A stretch of DNA of 64,000 nucleotides from a virus. Under the pieces are notes generated by a model. That model saw nothing but the letters and a program-made list of their open reading frames with translations. It was not told where the DNA came from and ran no database searches. Within the stretch, counting starts at the first letter, position 1; each line of letters starts with the position of its first letter. The position numbers were made by a program, and so were the translations under genes. The stretch lies in the IMG/VR virus record IMGVR_UViG_3300043256_000274, positions 1 through 64,000 of that record; one strand, written 5' to 3'. This document shows positions 34,001 to 43,595 of this stretch, piece after piece.

Positions 34001-35304
34001 TTCGGCAGCCCCCAGCGCTTCTCCCAGAACTTCCGCACCGGCACGACGCCTTTCGGCAGTCGTCCCTTGTGTTCGTAGTAGAACCCGTTGACCATACACA
34101 CGCCATCCGTAGTGATGGCGGGTGTCAACTGCAACCCTTTGCCCATGGACTCTGCGATGGCGAAGCCACGGGACCACGCGGGTGAGTTGCCCTTGACGTA
34201 ATACTTCGCAGCCTGGTCGATGGTTGCGCCGGGAGTGGACAGCCAGCGGAAGCGTTTCAGTCCAGCCGACGATCCGATGACCTGCTGGTCTCGGTGGCAG
34301 TGACCTGACCAACCAGACATGCCCCAGTGCAGGAGTTCGCCCGACGCCTGCATCTTGCTCACGATCGTACCGTGCGTAGTCGCGAGCCTGTCCCACAGTT
34401 TGATCATGGGGCGCTTGTCCTCTTGCCCTTTGGGCGAGAGGAACGTCCCAGGCTGGATGATCTCAATGTCCAGGTCATCGAACTCCAGGATCTTGTCCAT
34501 GCGGAGTGTCCGCATGGAGCTCAGGGTCTTCGCGTGTTGGGTGAGGAAGCGCACGAAGCGCGGCATGAAATGGTTGGACTCCAGCCATACGAAGCGCGCG
34601 TGCGGGCACCGCTCGCGCGCTTCTTTCCACATGCAGTTGAGGACGTCGAGTTCTACCTGGAACGGGAGCGTATGGCCAGGGACTTGAGGATGCGTGCTAA
34701 TCTCAGAGCCGTCAACATGGTCTCCGCCCCACACGACAATGTCAGGTTGAGCGTCTTCGATGAAGGTAAGGAAGGCGAGCCAAGTGAACGGATCCATGAA
34801 CATCGAGTGGGTATCAGAAATCCAGACTGCAAGTCTGGCTTTCTGAGTAGCTCGGCGAAGCTCGGGGAACTTGTCAACATGGGGAAGAATGTAGCGGTTG
34901 AAGTATCGTTCGTCATGCTGTCGCTTGGACTCGTACTCGCGAGCCAGTAGCAGAGCACGGTCGCCTTCGCCCTCGCGCAGACCAGCCATGGTCTTGAGAT
35001 GTGCGAAGCGTCCATGCCGGAGTACCTCTTCCTTCGGGAAGTAGCCGTAGAGTTCGTAGCGTCGCAGGCTGATGGAGCGGAACTCATGGAAGGGGTTGGT
35101 CTCCTCGTCCTCAGCGACGCGCACCAGGTCGGCGAGCAGGTCTTCCAGCGACGGCTTGCCCTTGCGCTTGCCGAGACGTTCGCGTTCGAGGCGCGCGTCG
35201 TCACGCGCCTTGCGGTCTCTCAGCTTCGAGGCTTCTCGGGGATCAGAGACGACCTCGTCAGGAGCAGAGATGAATCGGTCGACGTCTTTCTCAGGAGAGC
35301 CCAA
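33997..35304 (-). CDS. Calcineurin-like metallophosphoesterase with N-terminal extension
   Basis: ISDTH, GGDHVD, ESNH, THG, SGHCHR, W..GF. Confidence 0.85.
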   Translation of the reverse strand: MGSPEKDVDRFISAPDEVVSDPREASKLRDRKARDDARLERERLGKRKGKPSLEDLLADLVRVAEDEETNPFHEFRSISLRRYELYGYFPKEEVLRHGRFAHLKTMAGLREGEGDRALLLAREYESKRQHDERYFNRYILPHVDKFPELRRATQKARLAVWISDTHSMFMDPFTWLAFLTFIEDAQPDIVVWGGDHVDGSEISTHPQVPGHTLPFQVELDVLNCMWKEARERCPHARFVWLESNHFMPRFVRFLTQHAKTLSSMRTLRMDKILEFDDLDIEIIQPGTFLSPKGQEDKRPMIKLWDRLATTHGTIVSKMQASGELLHWGMSGWSGHCHRDQQVIGSSAGLKRFRWLSTPGATIDQAAKYYVKGNSPAWSRGFAIAESMGKGLQLTPAITTDGVCMVNGFYYEHKGRLPKGVVPVRKFWEKRWGLPK

Positions 35305-35557
35305 GGTGGTTCCTTGCGTGATGCAGAATGGAGTCAGACGTAACCTTGACGTCGAACTTGGGGACTAGGACGTGTCGATGCAGGTCCCTCCACGGCTGAG
35401 TTGTTTCGCCGGAAGTCTTGAGTTCATGGAACCGTCTGATCGCACGGTTCACATCATCGACATTCTCCATGGCACAGATACGGCACCGGGTAGGTCTACT
35501 GGGCTGGGTCTCGACCAAGTCATCGACCAGCGACTCCGGAGATTTTTCTTTCGGCAT
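35291..35557 (-). CDS. Small zinc-binding/HTH-like protein
   Basis: CRIC...H.RNH. Confidence 0.6.
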   Translation of the reverse strand: MPKEKSPESLVDDLVETQPSRPTRCRICAMENVDDVNRAIRRFHELKTSGETTQPWRDLHRHVLVPKFDVKVTSDSILHHARNHLGLS

Positions 35558-35567
35558 GGTAGCAGAA

Positions 35568-36194
35568 TTACTCGCTTACGACGTGGATCATGAGCACGCC
35601 CCGACCGCCATCGTTCTCCCGGATTGGGCGTACGTCGACAACCCCATGGGCCAGCCCAGCCGCGTCCGCGCGTCCAGATTCCTTGTCGACGAGGAAGCGT
35701 AGCCTAACAGCCTCGTTTGCGCCAATCGCCGCAGCGATTCCTGCGAGCCTCTGGGCGTCCAGACAGACCGTGACATACCTGTGGGTGGGGGGGGCTTGGG
35801 TCTCGGTGGTCTCGAGCACGGCCTGGAAGTTTGGAACCTGCCCCTGGGGGCCTGGGTTCTCGACCCTGAGCCATGCCTTCCCAGACGCCGCCTGAGCCTC
35901 TGTGCTGTGCTCTCCTGTCCTGAGTGTTCCGATGCCCGTTGTCCCCTTGGACGCCTCACGGACGGCCTGGAGGGGCAGAGGACCCAGCTTGAGTTCCTCG
36001 CCCGACTCGCGCCGCGGGAGGTCCGCTCCTGGGCGCTCATCAGGCCCCAGAATGGGCACTACAGCAGCCGAGACGCCGTCGCTGGCCAGGAGTTCGTAGT
36101 CTCCGATGTGGACCGTGTCCAGGTGCAGGCCCGTAGCGGGCTGCGGCTTCGGAGCCGCAGCCCGATGGAGCTCGAATCTCTTGGGTAGTTTCAT
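35568..36194 (-). CDS. Shortened beta-clamp-like protein
   Basis: LASDG..A.VP, VPNF..V, LD...L, GVLM echo clamp domains II-III. Confidence 0.45.
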   Translation of the reverse strand: MKLPKRFELHRAAAPKPQPATGLHLDTVHIGDYELLASDGVSAAVVPILGPDERPGADLPRRESGEELKLGPLPLQAVREASKGTTGIGTLRTGEHSTEAQAASGKAWLRVENPGPQGQVPNFQAVLETTETQAPPTHRYVTVCLDAQRLAGIAAAIGANEAVRLRFLVDKESGRADAAGLAHGVVDVRPIRENDGGRGVLMIHVVSE

Positions 36195-36379
36195 GAGTCG
36201 TCCGGGGGCCAGACATCCGGAGCAAGCCCAAAGTCAATCGGCTGCGGCGCGTTCCGCTGCCGAAGCTGTTCGGCTACCGCCCGCTGGGCAGTCTCCGTCT
36301 TGCCCAGGTGGTGTAGCCCGACCATCGTCAGGAGTACGCCCATGATGAACGATATGCCTGACCAGAGAAAGATCAACAC
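36191..36379 (-). CDS. Small membrane protein
   Basis: N-terminal hydrophobic helix. Confidence 0.5.
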   Translation of the reverse strand: MLIFLWSGISFIMGVLLTMVGLHHLGKTETAQRAVAEQLRQRNAPQPIDFGLAPDVWPPDDS

Positions 36380-36500
36380 GACCGGCGGTCTTCGTGCATC
36401 TCGTCTCGGACGAGCCGGATGCGCTCGGCGACACGACGTCGGTAGCGAGCGACCATGTCTAGCAAGATGGCACCGGCCACCATTCCCCAGAGGAATGTGA

Positions 36501-36737
36501 TCATGAGCGACGGGATCCTTTGGGTGCGACCGCGATGACCAGCGCAGGCTCGGACTTGTAGGTCTTGACGTCGGTGAGAATGACGGATGTGACGGTGACC
36601 CGCACCTTGTTGTGCGGAGGTCGTGCGATGGCAGCCTGCACGCGACGGTGCGCGTCGGCTATGGTCTTGGCGTTCGTGCAGCGAGTGAAGGGCCAGACGT
36701 ACTCGCCCTCTCCTCGCAGGATGTCAGGTAGCTTCAT
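36501..36737 (-). CDS. Hypothetical protein
   Basis: Coupled ORF. Confidence 0.55.
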   Translation of the reverse strand: MKLPDILRGEGEYVWPFTRCTNAKTIADAHRRVQAAIARPPHNKVRVTVTSVILTDVKTYKSEPALVIAVAPKGSRRS

Positions 36738-37048
36738 GATTTGACTCTGATTCCGTGATAGAAGGTGAATTGCTGCTCACCGGTGTACCCACCGAAGCCG
36801 TTGCGCGCGTTGACATAGACTGTGATAGTTCCCACGGTACTCAGCTTCGTGTCCCAGTGGAGACGAGCGGAGCCATAGTCGCGGAGATTATTGCGTAGCC
36901 AGGTGTCGGCAGCGATCATCTCGGCAGTGTAGTCTCCGACCGGAGCCGTTGACTCGGGCGTGCGGTGAATCGGCTCAGGTCGTTCCATCTGCAGCAGTCC
37001 TATGAAGAACATGAACACCAGCAGAGCGAACAAGATCATGACTCTCAT
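36734..37048 (-). CDS. Membrane-anchored protein
   Basis: TM helix; LRD..SA...VNARNGFGGYTG. Confidence 0.65.
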   Translation of the reverse strand: MRVMILFALLVFMFFIGLLQMERPEPIHRTPESTAPVGDYTAEMIAADTWLRNNLRDYGSARLHWDTKLSTVGTITVYVNARNGFGGYTGEQQFTFYHGIRVKS

Positions 37049-37152
37049 TTTTTTCTCTCCAGTAGATGTGAACCCCCCAAGGGGCTCTGAGTTAGTTGTA
37101 CCCCCATATCGTGCAGTGTGCCGCTAACTCTTCAACATTGTTCCCGAAAATC

Positions 37153-37509
37153 TCACTGACGGTCTCTACGTAGCCTCACGTTCTGTAGGCCCATCTCCTT
37201 GAGCCGGGACGGGTCCTTCTTGAGTCTGAGGTTGTGCGCCTTGGCCACGACCGACTTCACGGTGCGGCTGATCTGGCGTGCGATCTCCTCGTTAGGGGTC
37301 GTCGGATAGAGGTCCCGAAGGGCAGCCGACTCTAGGGCTGTCCAGCGGGGCATCGTCTTGACGGGAAATTTTTTCTTATCCTTGCCCAAGGCGAGCTGCG
37401 TGGCGAAGCGTCGGATTTCGGAGATGGATCGGCCGAGGGTCTCGGCTACTTCTTCGTCGGGGGTGGTGCCGTAGATCCGTTTCAGCACCTTGATTTCGTC
37501 GGGGGTCAT
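37153..37509 (-). CDS. Tandem HTH/Myb-like DNA-binding protein
   Basis: Two repeats of T..E...L...Y......EIA..L.R....V. Confidence 0.75.
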   Translation of the reverse strand: MTPDEIKVLKRIYGTTPDEEVAETLGRSISEIRRFATQLALGKDKKKFPVKTMPRWTALESAALRDLYPTTPNEEIARQISRTVKSVVAKAHNLRLKKDPSRLKEMGLQNVRLRRDRQ

Positions 37510-38024
37510 GGTGAGTTTTGCTCTGCCTGAATGCGCATGGCAGCTATGTGGTCTTCGAGGGACACGCCGCGGTCATGTGTCCATCCGAAGTAGGATGGGC
37601 CGCGGCCATTGTGGGGAGTTCCGTCCTCTGCGATCGGACCAACCTGGATGGTGCCGACCGTTATCTGACGGAGGTAGGGAGCGGGTGTGCCGGGTGTACT
37701 GCGATTGAATTCGTCTGCGATTGCTTTGTTCGCGAAGCGGAGCGCGGCTTCGACTGCATCTACATGGCCAAGGCAGGAGAAGATCAGACGCCAGTCGAAG
37801 TCCTCTTGGTCTCTGTCGACGTGGTCGATCGAGATGAGAATGGTCATCTCGTACATGGCCATCTGCCGGAAGCCCAGCTTATGTAGCCGGCGCTCCGGGT
37901 CGGGCTCATCGCCGTCACGGACGCTTCCCAGGAAGACGGACACGAGTTTCGTGCCAGCCTTCGCGGTGAGTTTGCCAGCCTGGGTGGTCATCTGTCGGTT
38001 GAGAATTACGCTTCCGGACTTCAT
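37506..38024 (-). CDS. Hypothetical protein
   Basis: ATGA-coupled; start moved to MKSGSV. Confidence 0.55.
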   Translation of the reverse strand: MKSGSVILNRQMTTQAGKLTAKAGTKLVSVFLGSVRDGDEPDPERRLHKLGFRQMAMYEMTILISIDHVDRDQEDFDWRLIFSCLGHVDAVEAALRFANKAIADEFNRSTPGTPAPYLRQITVGTIQVGPIAEDGTPHNGRGPSYFGWTHDRGVSLEDHIAAMRIQAEQNSP

Positions 38025-38245
38025 ATCTCTGTTGCCTCCAACATCTGTTCCCAGGTGGGCACACTTACTGAGCCGCCCTCGCACACGAAGCGCCAGAGGA
38101 AAGCCATCTCGAATCGGTCATAGACGTCGTCGTCCGTGGAGCCGGCGACCAGGTAGGCCGAGAGTTCGGAGCCAGCCTCGCGGCGGATGCGCTGATAGCG
38201 CTCCCACTTCTCTGAGTCGTCCATGTCTATGTATGCGATGAGCAC
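38021..38245 (-). CDS. Hypothetical protein
   Basis: Coupled ORF. Confidence 0.5.
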   Translation of the reverse strand: MLIAYIDMDDSEKWERYQRIRREAGSELSAYLVAGSTDDDVYDRFEMAFLWRFVCEGGSVSVPTWEQMLEATEI

Positions 38246-40668
38246 TAGAAGACTTCCTCATGCAAGCCGAGACTGCTCTCGGCCGTTGTGCCGAGTGCTC
38301 CGTTCCACTTGAATGCACCGCCAAAGATCCTCTCCCAGTTTTTCCTGCAGACTTCGAGAGGCGGCAGCTTGTAGCCATTGGGCCGCGTGACCTGTTTCGG
38401 CTCACCATCTTCGTCGATGATGGTGTGGCTGCCTGACAGCTTACCGCTACCATGGCTCCAACCCTCCGGCAAGACTCGTTGCATGAACGATCCCAGGATC
38501 GTTGCGTTTGCCGCCAGTCGCGTACCGTACGCCTTGGTATAGGCCGTCAAGTTCTCCCGCAGGTTGGCTCGAGGGATCTGAGCTGGCCAACCCTGGCCAT
38601 CGAAAATTTCTCCATCCTGTAGCTTCGAGTACCACCACTCTTCAATCGGCTTGAAGGTGTGTTCCTTCTGCGACTGCAACGCCTCGGTCTTCGGCACGTC
38701 GCGAACTTTGAAGCCCTTGAGGTCGTAGTGCATCAGGTAATGCAGCAGAGCCTCTCGGCCCCCGTTGTCCATCTCCTTGCCGATCGGTTCGAAGTAAGCA
38801 CCCTTCTGGAGTTCGTTGTCGCTAACCCGTAGGATGAAGAAGCGTCGCTCATACTTACCGGCCGGCACAACCCACTCATCGTTCGATGCCATGATGAGAT
38901 GGACATAGTTGCGGCCCTGGCCGACGTCTACTCCCTTGCCTTCGATAGCCAGCAATTTCTCAGTGATCAGCACCTTGAGCATCCCCTCATGCTTCTTGTC
39001 ACCGGCGTAGAAGGCCTCGTCACCGAAGAGCACGACGCAGTCCCGAAGGTGAGCGTTGAACTTGCCGACCAGGTGGTCTGCCTGGGTGACCGGCATGAAG
39101 TGGCGACCGAACAGTGAGCCAAACTCGCTGGCAAAGACGCCCTTGCCGACGCCTCGTTCACCCTGGAGAACTACAGCGGTGTGGCCCTGCTCTCCAGGCT
39201 TCTGCACCGCGCGGGCCATCCAGCCCAGGAGGTATCGGAAGTGCTCCTCGCTGCCACAGCAGATGTTGTCGCGAAGGTGCGTCAAGTAGAGTTCGCACTT
39301 ACCTGGACGTGGGTCGACAGCGAAGCCAGTCCAAAGGTTGTAGCTACCGGAAACTTCTCGGCCGGGAGCGAAGATGACGCGCTCATAGCTGCGTCGCTGT
39401 GGATGTGTCATCCACCACTTCCCCAGGGGTACCTCGACGATCTTCGGCTCGCCGTCCTTATTCGCGACGGTGATCTCCACCTTCCGATTCATGTAGAACG
39501 TGCCGAAATCGGTCGCTGTCTGGTAGTCCAGCGACATCCGGTCGAGTTCCTCGTCATACTCCTCCGAGATGATACGGCAGTGCCCGCCCACGCTGCGCAC
39601 GACGGCGTGCTTTGAATTGAGTTCGTGAAGGAGAGGGGAAATTCCCCTCTCCTTCGCGTCGTTGATCTGTTTGCGTGCGTACTTGTCCGCGCCACGGCCC
39701 TTCTCGATGATCGACTCGCTGATCTTGAAGCGCTCGTCCATGAGGACGGAGTAGATGACCTCGTCCGGCACGTTGTGGCGCACCATCTCGTTGCAGACGT
39801 ACCAGAGCGGCTCGCTGCGGCTGGCCCAGCGGTCAGGCTCGTCCGGGTCGAAGCCCTGGACGATGACGACGAGCGCGTGCTGGGGGACGCTGTACTTCTT
39901 GAGGTCATCGACGTCGGTGAGCGTGGGGATGTTACCACTGATGTTGACGAGGTCGCTCGACGATCCGAATAGCTCGCCGGTCTGGACGAGCGGTGCCGGG
40001 ATGAAGTCGCTCAGGTTGTAGGCAAGATCGTTCTGTTCAACGATCAAGGCCAGGCAGACCACTCGGCCCTTCTCGACCTTCCTCTTGTCCGGACGGTTGA
40101 TCGTGCCTGGTAGTCGTAGGATGCGGTCGATGTTGAACGTCGGAGGATCACCACCGAACTCGGTGATCATCTGGATGTTGTAGCGCTCGGCCTCAGTGTA
40201 CTTCGCCGGCTGTCCGTCGATGTCGAACGGCTTGGTCAGCCTCCAGTAGCCGTGGTAACCAGCACCCGAGTCGATGATGAATGTGGGTTTCGGAACCCCC
40301 TTGGGAAGGTCCGTCGTCAGGAACTTGAGAAAACGAGCCTTCTCGGCTTCGAGCTCCTCCCCCGGCCGCGGGTCGAGATCGACATGGAGGTACTCCATCT
40401 TGGAGATGTCCTCCTTCTCGGCCTTCTTCGACATCATCCGCTCAATCGGGTTGACCGAGAAGTAGAGGTTGTAGGCCTGGGTCGGGTCCTTGCGCTCCGC
40501 CCCCATCTTCTTCAACCAGGCGCGCATCTCCTTGTCCTGCCCTTGGGCGAAGGGCAAGGTCTCGATGCTCTTCTTGTCGACGCGGATCGCGGTGAGGAGA
40601 TAGAATCCCTTCGGCCGGAAGGTGTGGAGGAACTTGATCGTCTCGTCGTAGTTGGGGGTGAGGGTCAT
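38245..40668 (-). CDS. Primase-helicase (RepB-type primase plus DUF5906 NTPase)
   Basis: HVDLD, DSGAGYHGYW, RILRLPGT.N; GERGVGKG, KFN, DEA, IE.KG, ASN, RRF. Confidence 0.9.
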   Translation of the reverse strand: MTLTPNYDETIKFLHTFRPKGFYLLTAIRVDKKSIETLPFAQGQDKEMRAWLKKMGAERKDPTQAYNLYFSVNPIERMMSKKAEKEDISKMEYLHVDLDPRPGEELEAEKARFLKFLTTDLPKGVPKPTFIIDSGAGYHGYWRLTKPFDIDGQPAKYTEAERYNIQMITEFGGDPPTFNIDRILRLPGTINRPDKRKVEKGRVVCLALIVEQNDLAYNLSDFIPAPLVQTGELFGSSSDLVNISGNIPTLTDVDDLKKYSVPQHALVVIVQGFDPDEPDRWASRSEPLWYVCNEMVRHNVPDEVIYSVLMDERFKISESIIEKGRGADKYARKQINDAKERGISPLLHELNSKHAVVRSVGGHCRIISEEYDEELDRMSLDYQTATDFGTFYMNRKVEITVANKDGEPKIVEVPLGKWWMTHPQRRSYERVIFAPGREVSGSYNLWTGFAVDPRPGKCELYLTHLRDNICCGSEEHFRYLLGWMARAVQKPGEQGHTAVVLQGERGVGKGVFASEFGSLFGRHFMPVTQADHLVGKFNAHLRDCVVLFGDEAFYAGDKKHEGMLKVLITEKLLAIEGKGVDVGQGRNYVHLIMASNDEWVVPAGKYERRFFILRVSDNELQKGAYFEPIGKEMDNGGREALLHYLMHYDLKGFKVRDVPKTEALQSQKEHTFKPIEEWWYSKLQDGEIFDGQGWPAQIPRANLRENLTAYTKAYGTRLAANATILGSFMQRVLPEGWSHGSGKLSGSHTIIDEDGEPKQVTRPNGYKLPPLEVCRKNWERIFGGAFKWNGALGTTAESSLGLHEEVF

Positions 40669-41063
40669 CGACTCAACTCGGGGGGCAGGTCTTCGGCAAG
40701 GTTGGGGCTGTGCCACTGAGCCTGGGCCGAAGCCTCCAACTCAGCGCGCGTGGCCTGCCCCACTATCTTTGCAGCTTCCTCTCCAGTGAACAAGAGCCAA
40801 TCCTGATCAACTTGCAGGAGAAGGTAGGCGTTGCCTCCCTTGTGCCAGCGTCGGGCTAGGTGGAGTTTCTGCTGCGGGGTGAAGTGGGGCAAGCGGACTG
40901 GCGTGCCGGGACGGCTCGGCCAGCCCGCTTTCCACTTCAACTCGATCCACCCCTCGATGTAGTTCACGTCGGGCGTACCTGGACGGCACGGGTTCTCGAC
41001 GCTCCATGCGTCGTATGGCCTGAGCGCCTTGACGACGCGCTGCCTCATGTGCTGCTCGCTCAT
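40665..41063 (-). CDS. Holliday junction resolvase-like PD-(D/E)xK nuclease
   Basis: VEN...GTPDV...WIELK...PQQ. Confidence 0.8.
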   Translation of the reverse strand: MSEQHMRQRVVKALRPYDAWSVENPCRPGTPDVNYIEGWIELKWKAGWPSRPGTPVRLPHFTPQQKLHLARRWHKGGNAYLLLQVDQDWLLFTGEEAAKIVGQATRAELEASAQAQWHSPNLAEDLPPELSR

Positions 41064-41281
41064 AGTCGACCGCTCCAGTATTCTTTCCACTGGTCTTCCA
41101 TAGCAGTCGTATATTCCTCAGAGCATTCATCACAGAGCCGACGATCACGGTTCGGGTCCATGCCCTTGCCGTCCCAATCATATTGTGTCTGAGACGGGGT
41201 GAGGATCAGAGTAGTGCGTCTCTCACATTGTCCTTCACAGATTCCGAAGGTACCATCAATGATGTCGTCAAGACGACTCAT
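41060..41281 (-). CDS. Small zinc-binding protein
   Basis: CEGQC...LCDEC...W.EYW. Confidence 0.6.
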   Translation of the reverse strand: MSRLDDIIDGTFGICEGQCERRTTLILTPSQTQYDWDGKGMDPNRDRRLCDECSEEYTTAMEDQWKEYWSGRL

Positions 41282-41454
41282 CCTTTGTCCTCAAGAACCT
41301 CGAGCGCCTTCTTCCATTGATCGAGTGTCAGGCACTTGTGGTCGTCGTGGACTTGCTTGGCTATGCCCTCGACGAAATCGACCTCCCATTCGGTGAGGCC
41401 TTCTTCGATGTCGCACAGCGCGTCGACGATCTCGCGGTCTTTGCGAATGCCCAT
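41278..41454 (-). CDS. Hypothetical protein (58 aa)
   Basis: LTEWE.DFV motif; below the ORF-track cutoff; coupled. Confidence 0.6.
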   Translation of the reverse strand: MGIRKDREIVDALCDIEEGLTEWEVDFVEGIAKQVHDDHKCLTLDQWKKALEVLEDKG

Positions 41455-41455
41455 A

Positions 41456-41887
41456 TCACATTTCGTGGACGTAGTGAATCTCTATGCCGACTTCTTCGAA
41501 CATCTCGGCTGCGGCACGCTGCTCATCTGCCCAGGTGGCGACCTCGTTGTCGATGTAGGGGACGAACATGACTCGGATGCCAGCCTGGATGATCAGCTTC
41601 GCACAGCCCGTGCAGGGGAAGTGCGTACAGTATATCGTCGCACCGTCGATGGACGTGGTCGCGTTGAGAATCGAGTTCGCCTCAGCGTGGACGACAAGAC
41701 GGTACTTGGTGGGTCGATCATGAAGACGCTCGATGCTGTCTTCTATACCGCGGGGGAAGCCATTGTACCCGGTACCCACGACCCGACGCTTGTCATCGAC
41801 GATGACGGCGCCGACCTTGGTGGATGGGTCCTTGCTCCACTCGGATATGTGGAGGGCGAGTTCGAGGAATCGTTGATGCCACTTCAT
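41456..41887 (-). CDS. dCMP deaminase
   Basis: WSKDPSTKVGA, GYNGFPRG, HAEAN, PCTGC. Confidence 0.93.
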   Translation of the reverse strand: MKWHQRFLELALHISEWSKDPSTKVGAVIVDDKRRVVGTGYNGFPRGIEDSIERLHDRPTKYRLVVHAEANSILNATTSIDGATIYCTHFPCTGCAKLIIQAGIRVMFVPYIDNEVATWADEQRAAAEMFEEVGIEIHYVHEM

Positions 41888-42219
41888 TCGGCTGCCACCG
41901 TGGTCACGCCGGCGTCGGCCGCTTGCTTGCGCATGTTGGCGGTGCCAGCACCGCCGGGGAAGGATAGACAGAGGTCCGGCGCACCGTACTTCAACATCCA
42001 CCCGTTGCGGATGTGGCCAGCGCTCTTGCCGAGTTGCTGCCAAGCTGCATGGATGGTCATGCACGGGATCCCGCGGGACAGAGCCCAGTAGCGGGCTTGT
42101 CGGTCCGCACCGTTCGCGCCACCTTCGATGATGAGTTCGATGGGCTGACGAGCGTCGAGCTCCTGGAAGACACGTTCTTGGTCGCGATAGTTCCGACCGC
42201 CACAGACTAGGACTCTCAT
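41884..42219 (-). CDS. SLOG/YspA-like (DUF2493) protein
   Basis: VLVCGGRNY, EGGA.GAD, AG.IRN..M, FPGG.GT. Confidence 0.88.
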   Translation of the reverse strand: MRVLVCGGRNYRDQERVFQELDARQPIELIIEGGANGADRQARYWALSRGIPCMTIHAAWQQLGKSAGHIRNGWMLKYGAPDLCLSFPGGAGTANMRKQAADAGVTTVAAE

Positions 42220-43595
42220 GACAGCCTCCGGTTGATGATCTCTGTGTATTCTTCGGACTGCTCAATCAGAATGCAGTCTACGCCCTCTTCACGACAGGCA
42301 ACTCCAGTCGTTCCCGAACCTGCGAACGGATCAAGAATCACTGTCCCCTCGGGCATCGTGACGAGCCGCACTAGGTATCGCATGAGTGAGAGCGGCTTCA
42401 CAGTCGGGTGAGTATTGTCCTGTCCTCGATCCTTCTTCGAAGCCTTGGCACAGTAGAAGAAGCGGGAGGCGCCGCCGGTCGATGCCGGTACATCAGAGGG
42501 GTACGCCTGTTCCCCATCACCGGCCCAGCCCTTCTCGTAGGTGTGACGATTCTTTTCTGAGTGTCGCTTTGACTTCGAGCTACGGGCTCCGCTCTTGAGT
42601 TCTCCACTTTGCGCGTTGAGCAGCGCCCCCGCCTTCTCGTCGAGTACGAGGTTCGCGGGCCAGCGCCCCTTCGATTGATCGAACTCTCGGGGCTTCGCGT
42701 TTGCGTGAAATGGCCGCGAGTTTTCTCCGCCGAACTGAAGCGGCGGCTGTCCGCTTCCGCCCGCTTTGGGGCCTTCAATCCGACACCCGTCCACGTTCAA
42801 CCCCGCGACACCGTGCGCGAGCGCGTTCGCGGCGAAGGTGCCGTCGAGCGGCTTCATGGCGAGCACGATCGGCTCCCACGCAGGCTTTAGCGCGGTGCCC
42901 CAGCCATTCCAGAGTTGGGCGGCTTCGGTTGTGTGTTCGTACGACTTGCCAGGCAAGCCCATACCGTAGACTGTCCCATCTCCGCGACGATCTGTTCCAT
43001 CGCTCGACACCAGTAGCCGTAGATCGGCTGCTCGTACTTTCTCACGCCATTGAGGATTAACACCTAGCTCAGAAACCAGACGGTTGTAAGCGTCTAGTGA
43101 AGGTACGCGGAAGCCGTGATCTACACGCTCCCAATTCTCCGTGACAAAACCATATTCAGGAAACAGCGCGGCTAGGGATTTTCGTGACATGCCCTTCGCA
43201 ATACGGCACGTCCTGATATTCCTCGCCATTGATACTCTAGCTTCTCTATGAAGACCATCTGAGCCTCCAGCCTTGTCGATCGCCTTCGACACGTCGAGCG
43301 ACTTTGGGAAGCCCGACCCATACAGCCACATCATGCAGTCGCGTATCTGGAATCCTGCGTCTTCGAGCGAACACGTCAGTCGGTGATACGTCCTCGTCCC
43401 ACCGAACACCAGTGCGATGCCTCCGGGTTTGAGAACACGAAGCGCTTCTTCCCACACCGCTGGTGCGGGAAGAACCTTGTCCCAGCCCTTACCCATGAAC
43501 TCCAGAGCGTAGGGAGGATCGGTTACGATAGCGGTGACAGAGTTATCCTCCATGTCGCGCATGGCTTCGAGACAATCGGCGTTGATGATGTTCAT
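42216..43595 (-). CDS. N4/N6 DNA methyltransferase (beta class) with inserted HTH
   Basis: TDPPY, GSGFPKS, LKPAWEP, HPTVKP, LDPFAGSGTT. Confidence 0.92.
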   Translation of the reverse strand: MNIINADCLEAMRDMEDNSVTAIVTDPPYALEFMGKGWDKVLPAPAVWEEALRVLKPGGIALVFGGTRTYHRLTCSLEDAGFQIRDCMMWLYGSGFPKSLDVSKAIDKAGGSDGLHREARVSMARNIRTCRIAKGMSRKSLAALFPEYGFVTENWERVDHGFRVPSLDAYNRLVSELGVNPQWREKVRAADLRLLVSSDGTDRRGDGTVYGMGLPGKSYEHTTEAAQLWNGWGTALKPAWEPIVLAMKPLDGTFAANALAHGVAGLNVDGCRIEGPKAGGSGQPPLQFGGENSRPFHANAKPREFDQSKGRWPANLVLDEKAGALLNAQSGELKSGARSSKSKRHSEKNRHTYEKGWAGDGEQAYPSDVPASTGGASRFFYCAKASKKDRGQDNTHPTVKPLSLMRYLVRLVTMPEGTVILDPFAGSGTTGVACREEGVDCILIEQSEEYTEIINRRLS

